In this document: one piece after another, positions 38,680-47,502 of the stretch | How positions within the stretch are numbered: position 1 is the stretch's first letter | How the letters are laid out: each line of letters begins with the position of its first letter | Origin: Tagaea sp. | GTDB lineage: Bacteria; Pseudomonadota; Alphaproteobacteria; CACIAM-22H2 | Direction: 5' to 3' | DNA length: 64,000 bases | Assembly: GCA_965279525.1 (NCBI GenBank) | Contig: CBDIIB010000005.1 | Location: 96,001 to 160,000 of the forward strand | The notes under the pieces: model-generated | The model's database searches: none | Seen by the model: only the letters and a program-made list of their open reading frames with translations | What the model was told of the DNA's origin: nothing | Translations under genes and position numbers: made by a program

Positions 38680-39260
38680 CGCTTTGCTTTACGGCCTCGG
38701 GGACCGGCCGTTACGCCGGTAGCCCTTCGGCCCGCCCGCGGCACAAACGCTCGGGCGGATCGTGCCGATATCGCCGTCGGGCGGGGCGGGGTCTTGCCGC
38801 AAGGGCGGCTTCGGGGGGTTCGGCATCGCGATCCCGGGTCCCGGAAATCCGCAGCTGTGACGAGACGCCCGATCCGTCCGCGAAAGGCAGCGTCGGCGGC
38901 GCTTGACGTCCATCTTGTGCGCCGGCCTGAAGAAAATCGGATAGGACCGGTGCTTACTGGCTCTTCGGTGGAGTCATGTCGTTTTCGGACACCTCCCCGT
39001 TCGGGTTGCCGATCCGTTTTGCGTCCCTGCCCCGCGACCTCGTGGAGGAGCGTGCGGCGCCGGGGCGCCCGGCCGTCATCGGCGGCCGGTGTCGAATGCG
39101 GATGGATCGGCTTCGCACGCGACAGGAAGACGCTAGCACGAAATCGCGCCCGTTTGGAGTCCGGCGATTCGGAATTTTAGATATATATAGTGTTTATTAT
39201 TAACCGTGCGGCGTCACACGGGACTCACAATTTTTAAGCATCACGTACTACAATGAGAGG

Positions 39261-39647
39261 ATGCTTCCGCGCCTCTGCGTCCTGCTCCTGGCCCTGTGCG
39301 TCCTTGCCGGCGAAACGCATGCGCGGCCCGACTGCCGCGCCATCGACGGCGACACGATCGCGTGCGGCAAGCAGCACGTGCGCATCGTCAATGTCGATAC
39401 GCCGGAGCTGGGTGCGGGTGCGCGCTGCCCGGCCGAAGCGGCCCTCGCCGAACGCGCGCGCCGCTTCACCGCCGAGCAGATCGCCGGCACGAATGTCGAG
39501 ATCCGCCCCGACCCGAAGCGCCCGCACGACCGCTGGGGCCGCACGCTCGCGCGCGTCATCGTCGACGGAATCGATCTTGGCGAAGCGCTGGTCGCCGCCG
39601 GCCTCGCGCGCGCATGGGACGGCAGGCGCCGGCCGTGGTGCCCCTAA
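39261..39647 (+). CDS. Thermonuclease (SNase-like) family secreted protein
   Basis: Signal peptide; IDGDT; VRIVNVDTPE; DRWGRTLA; WDGRRRPWC. Confidence 0.88.
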   Translation: MLPRLCVLLLALCVLAGETHARPDCRAIDGDTIACGKQHVRIVNVDTPELGAGARCPAEAALAERARRFTAEQIAGTNVEIRPDPKRPHDRWGRTLARVIVDGIDLGEALVAAGLARAWDGRRRPWCP

Positions 39648-39653
39648 GCCCCG

Positions 39654-39731
39654 TCAGCGCCAGAAGATGATGATCAGGATCACGATCGGAAGCGGGATGC
39701 CGAGGAGCCAGAGAAGTACGCCGCGTCCCAT
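39654..39731 (-). CDS. 25-aa single-pass membrane microprotein (absent from the ORF track)
   Basis: MGRGVLLWLLGIPLPIVILIIIFWR*; SD AGGAG 8 nt upstream. Confidence 0.75.
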   Translation of the reverse strand: MGRGVLLWLLGIPLPIVILIIIFWR

Positions 39732-39842
39732 GATTTCGACTCCTGCTGCCTGAATTCGTCCGCCGGAAAATCGGCGTCGGCATCTGGTAGCAGGGAGCGG
39801 CGGGGCCGGAGAGGCCCGGAAACTACGCAGGCCGCGCGGCGA

Positions 39843-40235
39843 TCAGTAATAGGCGTCGCCGGTCAGGCGTTGCGAGATCCACCAGATGTTTCCGGCACCG
39901 TCGCGCACGCCGCCCTGCCGGTCGCCATAGGGCATGTCGCCGACCGCCATTTCGAGACGCGCGCCGGCGGCAAGGGCGCGGCGCATCGTCGCGTCCGCGT
40001 CGGCGACATAAAGATAGTAGGCCGCCGCCATCGCCGGATAGGCGGGCGTGGCGCCGCTGACCATGAAGTTCGAAGCGCCGATCGCGATCTGGGCGTTGGC
40101 GAGGCTGCCGTCCGGCCGGGCGGTCCGTCCGACCGTGACCGCACCGAACGCCCGTTCGAGGAACGCGATGAACGCGTCGGGATCGGCGACGAAGAAATAC
40201 GGGACCACGCTGGCGAAGCCGGGCGGAGCCGTCAT
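39843..40235 (-). CDS. VOC/glyoxalase (PhnB-like) protein
   Basis: VVPYFFV; YLYVADADA; DMPYGDRQGGVRDGAGNIWWI. Confidence 0.9.
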   Translation of the reverse strand: MTAPPGFASVVPYFFVADPDAFIAFLERAFGAVTVGRTARPDGSLANAQIAIGASNFMVSGATPAYPAMAAAYYLYVADADATMRRALAAGARLEMAVGDMPYGDRQGGVRDGAGNIWWISQRLTGDAYY

Positions 40236-40253
40236 CGCGATTCAAGCCGGCAG

Positions 40254-40307
40254 GAGGAAAATGGCGCGCCCGAAGAGATTCGAACTCCTAACCCTCAGAT
40301 CCGTAGT
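40254..40307 (-). repeat. attR-like 54-bp direct repeat (3' part of tRNA-Arg plus 8 nt of trailer)
   Basis: Identical to 44495-44548: GAGGAAAATGGCGCGCCCGAAGAGATTCGAACTCCTAACCCTCAGATCCGTAGT. Confidence 0.97.
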
Positions 40308-40352
40308 TGATGTATTGGCATTGTTTCGGCGTTTCAGACCATTCGCCAAACG

Positions 40353-40715
40353 TCAACTAAGCCGATATTCGTACGACAAGGGCGAAAGCCGCTCGTCTTC
40401 GATTGCTCATACCCAACGTATATCGATGTCGGCACCAATGGCCGATGGCGTTTCGCCGTCGTGCCTCAAATCAATGTCGGTGACTAGAAAGTGTACGTTC
40501 TGGGAGTCGCGTTCACCATGTACGCGGACCTTATAGCGAGTGAGAATGATCGCAGCACTGGAGGTAGTCGTGCCCTTGACCTATGCAATAGCGATATTTC
40601 CATCTCTTGATAACTCAAGATCGTATGGCTTTTGCAATTTGACATCCCTTACATCGAAGCTCTGCTCCCTAAAGAAATCGACGACTAGAGCCCTTGCGCG
40701 CACCTCAACTGATAG
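40353..40715 (-). pseudogene. DUF3883/NOV-C-type PD-(D/E)xK nuclease remnant
   Basis: Minus frame LSVEVRARALVVDFFREQSFDVRDVKLQKPYDLELSRDGNIAIA*VKGTTTSSAAIILTR...WV*AIEDERLSPLSYEY; stops at 40583-40581 and 40409-40407; no start codon context. Confidence 0.7.
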
Positions 40716-40716
40716 A

Positions 40717-41589
40717 TTAGTTCTCGACTTCTCGTCGTAGCTGCCCCTTCACTCGATCACACACCATCAACAATTCATCTCTGTGATCGGGATAAAGCGC
40801 TTCGCGATCAACCATTGGGAAGTTGACACTGTTTTCCCAAAACTCACTTTTCCTAAATTTAAACTTCGCCACTAGCCGGCGACCGAAATCTACTTCGTAG
40901 TGGGAATACAGCTGCTTTTGGAGGAACTCTCCGAGCTCGGGATATTCCCCCAGTAGATATCCTTCCTGAAAGTGAGGGCGCAGTGCTTGGGGTGGACATA
41001 CGCCGGCAAGCCTAACAATTTGCAAACCGGCCTCGGCACTAGCTGTAACCACCCCACTCAAATTTGGGACACCTACAACAAAGATATAGCCATTTTTGTT
41101 GTCGCTATCGGAAGCAAACGACGCAGCGATCCGCAGTGAATGGGTCACATCCAGCAAGGGCGTTCTGCAAACTTCATAGTGCTGCAGGATTGACCATCTA
41201 AGAATTCGTTGTCTCTGCAAAAGTTTGAGGCCCGGAAAGCCATGAGTCTCGTACTTCGAAACAAGTTCAACCTCCGCTTCTGCCAAAATTGAAAAGCGGT
41301 CTTGCAATCGTGTTCCGCTCGGATTCAGGCCAATCCCCTTTCGTGGCCGAAATATCGTGGGCTTTAAAGTGGTACGGCCGCGTTGGTTGCGGAAATCATG
41401 ATTTTGGCCCCGATAAAGAAGCAGATAATCTCGATTTCTGAATTGTAATTCCGCAACCTTCTCTACCAACTCAGCGAACGAGCTAACAAACGCCGCTTTA
41501 CTTTCCCGTATTTCCAAACATTGCGCCTTGGCGATTTTGTCTTTGCGCCCGATAAACGTCCAAAGACTTTGATTACCAATTGTTTCCAT
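40717..41589 (-). CDS. FRG domain protein
   Basis: LLYRGQ; LKPTIFR; LQHYEVCRTPLLDVTHSLRIAASFA; RPHFQEG. Confidence 0.9.
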   Translation of the reverse strand: METIGNQSLWTFIGRKDKIAKAQCLEIRESKAAFVSSFAELVEKVAELQFRNRDYLLLYRGQNHDFRNQRGRTTLKPTIFRPRKGIGLNPSGTRLQDRFSILAEAEVELVSKYETHGFPGLKLLQRQRILRWSILQHYEVCRTPLLDVTHSLRIAASFASDSDNKNGYIFVVGVPNLSGVVTASAEAGLQIVRLAGVCPPQALRPHFQEGYLLGEYPELGEFLQKQLYSHYEVDFGRRLVAKFKFRKSEFWENSVNFPMVDREALYPDHRDELLMVCDRVKGQLRREVEN

Positions 41590-41828
41590 TTTTCTTACTC
41601 AACTGGAGGCTTGTCGTCTCTAGACTACAATCGTGTTTATATCTTTAAATGTCCCGCGGTTCAGCACGAAGCAATGTCGGCATTGGGTCGTTCCATATCT
41701 CCAAGAAAATAGATTCTACAAACACTCTCTCGAAGGATCGAGCGTATCAGCGAACGCCGCACAAATAAGCCCGCATTCGCCCCTCCAAATTGGCCAGAAT
41801 TTCCATTGGTCATATTCAAAATTATCGA

Positions 41829-44156
41829 TCACTGCCTCTCCCGAAGAGCGGAGAACATGCCACGAATGTCGTCGTCACTCATTTCGACGTTGGTATCCAC
41901 ACCGCGACTCTCAATGCGCCCGTCATCATCGCCATAGTCGGGTATCTCGTTTTGCGCGATTTCTTCATCGAGGCGTTGCAACTCATAATCAAGGCTTAAA
42001 TCAAATTCATTTGCCAGATCTTCCAGTGTGCTTTTAAGGGCGTGCATTTCATCTAACCCAGAGACACTATCGATATCTGCGAGTGCCCCTTGTCGTTGAA
42101 ATTCTTCAACCTGTGACTCTAGTTCTTTTTTCACCTCGTCGTTGGTAACCCCGGAGTCTCTATAGAAGCGAAGAAAGTTCAGCACATAGTCTGAGCTTGC
42201 ACTTTCTATTTCCGAGACGGCCTTAAGCAAATATGCATTGAGCAATTCACTCTTGATTGGAGGATCCATTTTTGTTTCGCCGTGAATCGCCTCGAGCACA
42301 TCGAGCAATCCGCCCTGATCAACGGCATGCTTGTCCCACTTTTGGATAAGGTACCTAGCGCAATCTATGGCTATCTCAAGGTACTTCTGATCCTTGAGAT
42401 GGGCCGCTACCTCAAAAAGGAAATCGACTTTCTCTTCGTAAGTATTGTCGACATGAATGTGTACTGTTGCCCCGGTAGAGGTTGTGCTTTTTGCGAGATT
42501 CGTTTTTCTAAACAGCTTTTCGATTACCTCGACGAAGCTAGACGGGGCGGTTTCGACGGACCGACGCAAGTGGCTATCGCCGTGCTGCAAGGCCAATCGG
42601 TAGAGGTTGACAATTTGTTTAAATCGAACGGCTGTACAAACTAGATCTTCGAAAGACTCGTTACCCTGCAAAAACAATTTTGAGATGAATTCTCGGATTG
42701 ACGGGCTCAGAAATTCGACTTGGTAGCGGCCATAGCGAAAGAAACCTCCATCAAGTTCTTTCAAGGCGTCCTGAAAGTCGTTGGCGGCCGTCGGAAAATT
42801 ATGTTTCTTCGACAAATGGCGATAATACCCGTCAAACACCGAACGCAATTCGGCGGCGGTTGCGCTTCCGAGTGAGTAGTAAACGAGAAGAGCATAGCGA
42901 GATGCGGTTGATATCTGCCGCCTATATGCGTGGGTCCAAATCTCTTCCGGATTGTCTAATAGCTTCTCGATGTATGCAGGATACTCAGCGGGCGGAACGC
43001 TATGCACCCTGTGCAGAGAACTAAGCCACTCTATTTGCCGAGGACTAAAATGCTCATGCGCAATAATCTTCAAAAAGAAATCATTCTGTAGAACGGCATT
43101 TCTATACTCCGGCGGCAGATCGCTGAAAAAAAGGTGATTAAATAAAATCTTGGCCCGCTGACCACGGGTATAATCTTCTAAGTTCAACACACATCGAGCG
43201 TCGATTATCTGACTGTGCGCGAATCGCTCGGAAAACTGGCGGGCACCCTGTAAAATGTGTTCTCTCGTAGTCAGCAGAAATCGTGAATGCTTTGAAGTTT
43301 TCACCATTTCCATAAACGAGATAATTTCGGAATCTTGATTGCGGCCGAAATACTCTGGTCGGTCACCTAAAAAGGTATGCCCCAAAAAATCATCAAAATA
43401 GAATATGCGTTTTGCATCAGGTTGAAATAGTCGCTTTCCCTCCACAATTTCGCCGGTAATAGCTACCGGCTCGTATCCGTTTGCCAAGTACTCAAACATT
43501 AAAATTTCAGCCAAAGTTGTCTTTCCGATCCCAGGGGGGCCAGAAATTACGACAACCTTCTCGCGATCAAGAATGTCCAGCGCGCGGGGCAAGGCACGAT
43601 TTTCTACAAATAGCGGCAACTTCCGCTTGATCCGCTCCACTTCAAATCGTGTCTGACAGATTTCAGCATTGTGCAGAGCTCGCTCGAGTACAAGCGAGCT
43701 CGTCAGCCATAGCTTTAAATGTCGTCGTTCAACATTCTCGTGCCGCGCAAGCAAAGAACCGATATCGTCGGAGCCATAAATGTCTTGCTCCGATTGAATG
43801 AATGGCGAGAGCGCTTTCAGAATCTTCGATTTGTTTAGTGCTGACAGAGAGACCGATGTAAAGACGACGTACCTGGTTGGTGCCAACTTTTTTATCTTTG
43901 GTAGTTCTATCTTTGACAAGTCGCGAAGCAATTTGTCGAAGCCTGATCCTAAGTAGTGCTTACATTGGATTATCGTGACCGACGGACTTGCACCACGGCG
44001 CTCTGATTTTGAATGCTTGGCATATCTAAGATCGATTCCTTGATCTCGGCCGACACGGAATGCTTCGATTGTGACACCCCACTCAGACTGAAGGAGATCT
44101 CGCGCTAATTCCTCTAAGTCGATTGGTGACAATTGAGCTAGGTCATACTTTGGCAT
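41829..44156 (-). CDS. Mrr-like restriction endonuclease fused to an nSTAND3-type STAND NTPase
   Basis: N-terminal LSPIDLEELARDLL...GRDQGIDLR...IIQCKHY; Walker A GPPGIGKT; Walker B FYFDDFLG; LLTTRE; FSPRQIE; LDNPEEIW; helical acidic C-terminus. Confidence 0.88.
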   Translation of the reverse strand: MPKYDLAQLSPIDLEELARDLLQSEWGVTIEAFRVGRDQGIDLRYAKHSKSERRGASPSVTIIQCKHYLGSGFDKLLRDLSKIELPKIKKLAPTRYVVFTSVSLSALNKSKILKALSPFIQSEQDIYGSDDIGSLLARHENVERRHLKLWLTSSLVLERALHNAEICQTRFEVERIKRKLPLFVENRALPRALDILDREKVVVISGPPGIGKTTLAEILMFEYLANGYEPVAITGEIVEGKRLFQPDAKRIFYFDDFLGHTFLGDRPEYFGRNQDSEIISFMEMVKTSKHSRFLLTTREHILQGARQFSERFAHSQIIDARCVLNLEDYTRGQRAKILFNHLFFSDLPPEYRNAVLQNDFFLKIIAHEHFSPRQIEWLSSLHRVHSVPPAEYPAYIEKLLDNPEEIWTHAYRRQISTASRYALLVYYSLGSATAAELRSVFDGYYRHLSKKHNFPTAANDFQDALKELDGGFFRYGRYQVEFLSPSIREFISKLFLQGNESFEDLVCTAVRFKQIVNLYRLALQHGDSHLRRSVETAPSSFVEVIEKLFRKTNLAKSTTSTGATVHIHVDNTYEEKVDFLFEVAAHLKDQKYLEIAIDCARYLIQKWDKHAVDQGGLLDVLEAIHGETKMDPPIKSELLNAYLLKAVSEIESASSDYVLNFLRFYRDSGVTNDEVKKELESQVEEFQRQGALADIDSVSGLDEMHALKSTLEDLANEFDLSLDYELQRLDEEIAQNEIPDYGDDDGRIESRGVDTNVEMSDDDIRGMFSALRERQ

Positions 44157-44502
44157 TTGCAGCCACTTTCGTCCCAACAGTGTTTAGGCTAGTGCCAATA
44201 GATCAATACCCTGCGAGAGCTTCCATTTTTGAGGAGGTGGAGCCTCTGCATTTCAAATAATGATTGTAAAATCCGCCTCAAGTCCAGACGCTACTGAAAA
44301 ACAACAGTATGTGTGACAGGCACCCTCAAATCAGACTCGCCTGAACCTGTAAGCGCTTAAAGTCTCGCGACTCGAGGCGCTCCAGCCAGCACCAGCGGAA
44401 TTTAAGTATGGAATTGATCAACAACCGCGGAAAAGCGTGGTTGCATCCTGGTTGCTCGCAAGCCGGCCACCAGTAGGAAGCTTGCTAAGCTACTGAGGAA
44501 AA

Positions 44503-44579
44503 TGGCGCGCCCGAAGAGATTCGAACTCCTAACCCTCAGATCCGTAGTCTGATGCTCTATCCAGTTGAGCTACGGGCGC
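44503..44579 (-). tRNA. tRNA-Arg(ACG)
   Basis: GCGCCCGTAGCTCAACTGGATAGAGCATCAGACTACGGATCTGAGGGTTAGGAGTTCGAATCTCTTCGGGCGCGCCA; 77 nt, anticodon ACG, encoded CCA. Confidence 0.98.
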
Positions 44580-44908
44580 GCTTTTTCGTCGGACGGCAGG
44601 CAGACCTGCCGGCGACGGGCGCGGACACTAGTTGATCGATCCCGGGGGTGCAAGCGTTAATGGGCGGCGGCACCGCAGGTGCGAATGGCGAGTCCAAACC
44701 TGTGGAAAACCGGGGCAATTTCCGCCTTGTGCCGGGGGGTGGGCTTGGTTACGATCCGCCCGTAATTCCACAACGGTCCCAATGCCATCGCGTCAAAAGA
44801 CGAGGGCGTGGGAGAGTTGCCTCACAACCGCGCGAGTCCGATCCGGCCATGACGCTCAAGCTCCAAGGCCTAACGATGCGACCGCCTAGCCGACGATACG
44901 ACAACGAC

Positions 44909-46153
44909 ATGATCGCAACGACCGCCTACCAGCACCCGATCTCCCCGCGCGCCGCCAGGCTGCGCATCGCCAGCGTGGCCACTTGCCTCGCATTGGCGCT
45001 GTCGGGCTGCAATTTCATGTCGGAGGCGCTGTGGCCGTCGATCGGCGGCTCGCCTTCTTCGTCGGCCGCGCCCACGGTGCGCCAGGAAATCCCGCCCGGT
45101 CCGTCCGAGCAGCAGGCGCAGGGTTCGTCGTCGGTCGTGGCACCGTCGCGTTCGGCCGGCGCCATCGGCGCCCCGGACACCGGCCGCCTGCCCGGCGGCC
45201 AGCAGACGGCCGTAGGCGTGCGCGCGCAGCAGATGCGCAGCGAGCTTGGCAATCTCCAGGGTGCGGTCCAGCAGCGCGCCGGCTCGATCCAGCAGATGCG
45301 CGGCGACACGGTCGCCACCGCCCAGCGCTATTTCAATCTCGTCGCCGGCATCAATGCCCGCCTCCAGGTCGGCACCACGCCGGGCAACCCGATCCTGCAG
45401 GCCCAGTGGACGCAGGCCGCCTCCGAGCTCGACCGCCTGTCGGCCGAGATCGGGCGCCTGTCGCAGCTTTCCAGCTCCGTCGCGTCGGACGCGGCGATGG
45501 CCGCCTTCCTGCTCGACTCGACCCGTGCGGCCTATTCGCTGTCGGGTGCCGTCGAGGACGACCACCGCGCGCTGGCCCAGGTCGAAGACGAAGTGAACCG
45601 CACGGTCGTGTCGATCGACCGGCTGCTCAACGAGCTCAACGAGGATATCGGCCGCCAGTCGACCTACGCGAGCCGCGAGCGCTCGAACCTCAACGCGCTG
45701 TCGCTGGCCATCCGCAACGGCGAGCTGTTCGGCTCGGGCCTCAACAACCGCGCCTTCACGAACGTGTCGCCGTCGGACGGCAGCCCCGCCATGCTCGGCG
45801 TCGCCCCCGGTGCCTCGCCGCAGGCGCAGAACCCGGCCGCCGCCGCCGCGGGCCGCCGCCCGCTCGTCGTCATCCGCTTCGACCGCGCCAACCCGGCGTA
45901 TGAGCAGGCGCTTTACACCGCCGTCAGCCGCGCCCTCGAGCGTTCGCCCACCGCCAGCTTCGACCTCGTCGCCGTGGCCCCCACGCGCGGCGGGCAGAGC
46001 CAGGCGGCCCTCGCCGCCACCTCGGCACGCCGCCAGGCCGAGACGGTGATGCGCTCTCTCGCCGACATGGGCCTTCCGGCCCAGCGCATGACGCTGTCGT
46101 CGACCACGTCGGGCCAGACCCAGGCCAACGAGGTCCACGTCTACGTGCGTTGA
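44909..46153 (+). CDS. Conserved hypothetical lipoprotein with long coiled coil (start uncertain)
   Basis: Lipobox LSGC; heptad-rich middle; C-terminal RPLVVIRFDR...EVHVYVR. Confidence 0.75.
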   Translation: MIATTAYQHPISPRAARLRIASVATCLALALSGCNFMSEALWPSIGGSPSSSAAPTVRQEIPPGPSEQQAQGSSSVVAPSRSAGAIGAPDTGRLPGGQQTAVGVRAQQMRSELGNLQGAVQQRAGSIQQMRGDTVATAQRYFNLVAGINARLQVGTTPGNPILQAQWTQAASELDRLSAEIGRLSQLSSSVASDAAMAAFLLDSTRAAYSLSGAVEDDHRALAQVEDEVNRTVVSIDRLLNELNEDIGRQSTYASRERSNLNALSLAIRNGELFGSGLNNRAFTNVSPSDGSPAMLGVAPGASPQAQNPAAAAAGRRPLVVIRFDRANPAYEQALYTAVSRALERSPTASFDLVAVAPTRGGQSQAALAATSARRQAETVMRSLADMGLPAQRMTLSSTTSGQTQANEVHVYVR

Positions 46154-46686
46154 CGCCCGCGTCGCCTCACTTGAAGTTACCGGAAGGCCGCACCGTCTAC
46201 GCGACGTGCGGCCTTTCCTTTTCCGGCAAGTCGACGGCGGCACGCACCCTCGCGCACAGGCTCGGCGCCGAACTGATCGCGCTCGACGCGATCAACCACG
46301 AACGCGGCCTGCGCGGCGGCGACGGCATCCCCGACAGCGAATGGGAGAAGACCAGCGCCATCGCGATGGCGCGTCTGGCCGACGCGCTGCGCGCCGGCCG
46401 CGACGCCGTCGTCGACGACACGTTCTCGCACCGTTTCCTGCGCGAGCGCTGCCGCAAGGTCGCGGCCGAAAGCGGGGCGCGCTTCGTGCTGCTGTTTCTC
46501 GACACGCCGGTCGAGACCATCGCCGAACGGCGTGCCGCCAACGCCGCAGCACCGACGCGCCACGCGGTGCGCGACGAGGTCTTCGAACACCACCGCGCCC
46601 GCTTCGAGTTTCCGGGGCCCGACGAAAATCCGGTGCGCCTGACCACACCGGCCGAGTTCGAGGCGTGGCTGGCGCAGGCGTGCTAG
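46150..46686 (+). CDS. AAA_33-type P-loop kinase
   Basis: CGLSFSGKST; VVDDT. Confidence 0.85.
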   Translation: MTPASPHLKLPEGRTVYATCGLSFSGKSTAARTLAHRLGAELIALDAINHERGLRGGDGIPDSEWEKTSAIAMARLADALRAGRDAVVDDTFSHRFLRERCRKVAAESGARFVLLFLDTPVETIAERRAANAAAPTRHAVRDEVFEHHRARFEFPGPDENPVRLTTPAEFEAWLAQAC

Positions 46687-46733
46687 ATTCCGGACAAGAG
46701 GGCGGACCAACCGCCCGTTTCCCGGAGGAAGCC

Positions 46734-47492
46734 ATGCCCGTCCTGCGACGCCTGATCCCGTCCGCCGTCCTGCTCTGCCTCGCCGCCCTGCCGGTTCAAG
46801 CCGAAACCGTCATCGTGTTCGCCGCCGGTGCCGTGAAGGCCGCCGTCGAGCGGCTGGTCCAGCCGTACGAGGCCGCCGGCGCCGACCGCATCGCCGCGAG
46901 CTACGACACCGTCGGCGCACTGCGCGACCGCGCCCTTGCCGGCGAAGCGGTGCATGTCGTGCTGCTCAGCACGGCCGGCCTTGCCCCGCTCGGCGAGAAG
47001 GGAAAGCTCGTCGCGGGCGCGCGCGCGCATGTCGGGCGCACGGGCATCGGGCTTGCGGGTGCGAAAGGCCGCGTGGCACCCATCGATACGCCCGAACGCT
47101 TCGCGACGTTGCTGCGCGACGCCAAATCGATCGGCTACGCCGATCCCGCACGCGGGGCGACCGCCGGAACGCACTTCGCCAAGCAGCTTGCCGATCTGGG
47201 GCTTGCCATCCCGCTCAAGGACCGCCTCAAGGTGTTCCCGTTCGGCGTGGAAGCGGTCGAGGCCGTGGGGCGCGGCGAAATCGAGATCGCCGTCAGCCAG
47301 GCGACCGAGATCGTGGCGCATCCCGAGAAGGTCGCCTTCCTCGGCCTGTTCCCGGATCCGCACCAGCTGTGGACGCCCTATGAAGCGGCGATCGCGACCG
47401 ACAGTCCGGCCGCGCGCCGCTTCCTTGCACTCGTCGCCAGCCCGCAAGGCAAAGAGGCGTTCGCGAAGATCGGCTTCGAGGCGGCGAAGTAG
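46734..47492 (+). CDS. ModA-like periplasmic substrate-binding protein (orphan)
   Basis: Signal peptide; FAAGAVK; YADPARGATAGTHF; SQATEI. Confidence 0.85.
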   Translation: MPVLRRLIPSAVLLCLAALPVQAETVIVFAAGAVKAAVERLVQPYEAAGADRIAASYDTVGALRDRALAGEAVHVVLLSTAGLAPLGEKGKLVAGARAHVGRTGIGLAGAKGRVAPIDTPERFATLLRDAKSIGYADPARGATAGTHFAKQLADLGLAIPLKDRLKVFPFGVEAVEAVGRGEIEIAVSQATEIVAHPEKVAFLGLFPDPHQLWTPYEAAIATDSPAARRFLALVASPQGKEAFAKIGFEAAK

Positions 47493-47502
47493 CGGGCCGG
47501 CA

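Larger units (their letters stand above)
40254..44548. mobile_element. tRNA-Arg-integrated mini genomic island (~4.2 kb), no integrase seen
   Basis: Flanking 54-bp direct repeats; abrupt drop in GC between them; defence-type cargo. Confidence 0.9.

Noticed and set aside
40262-40307. Second tRNA-Arg gene
   Set aside because: Only the 3' 46 nt are present, with no D-arm or 5' acceptor strand; it is an att duplication
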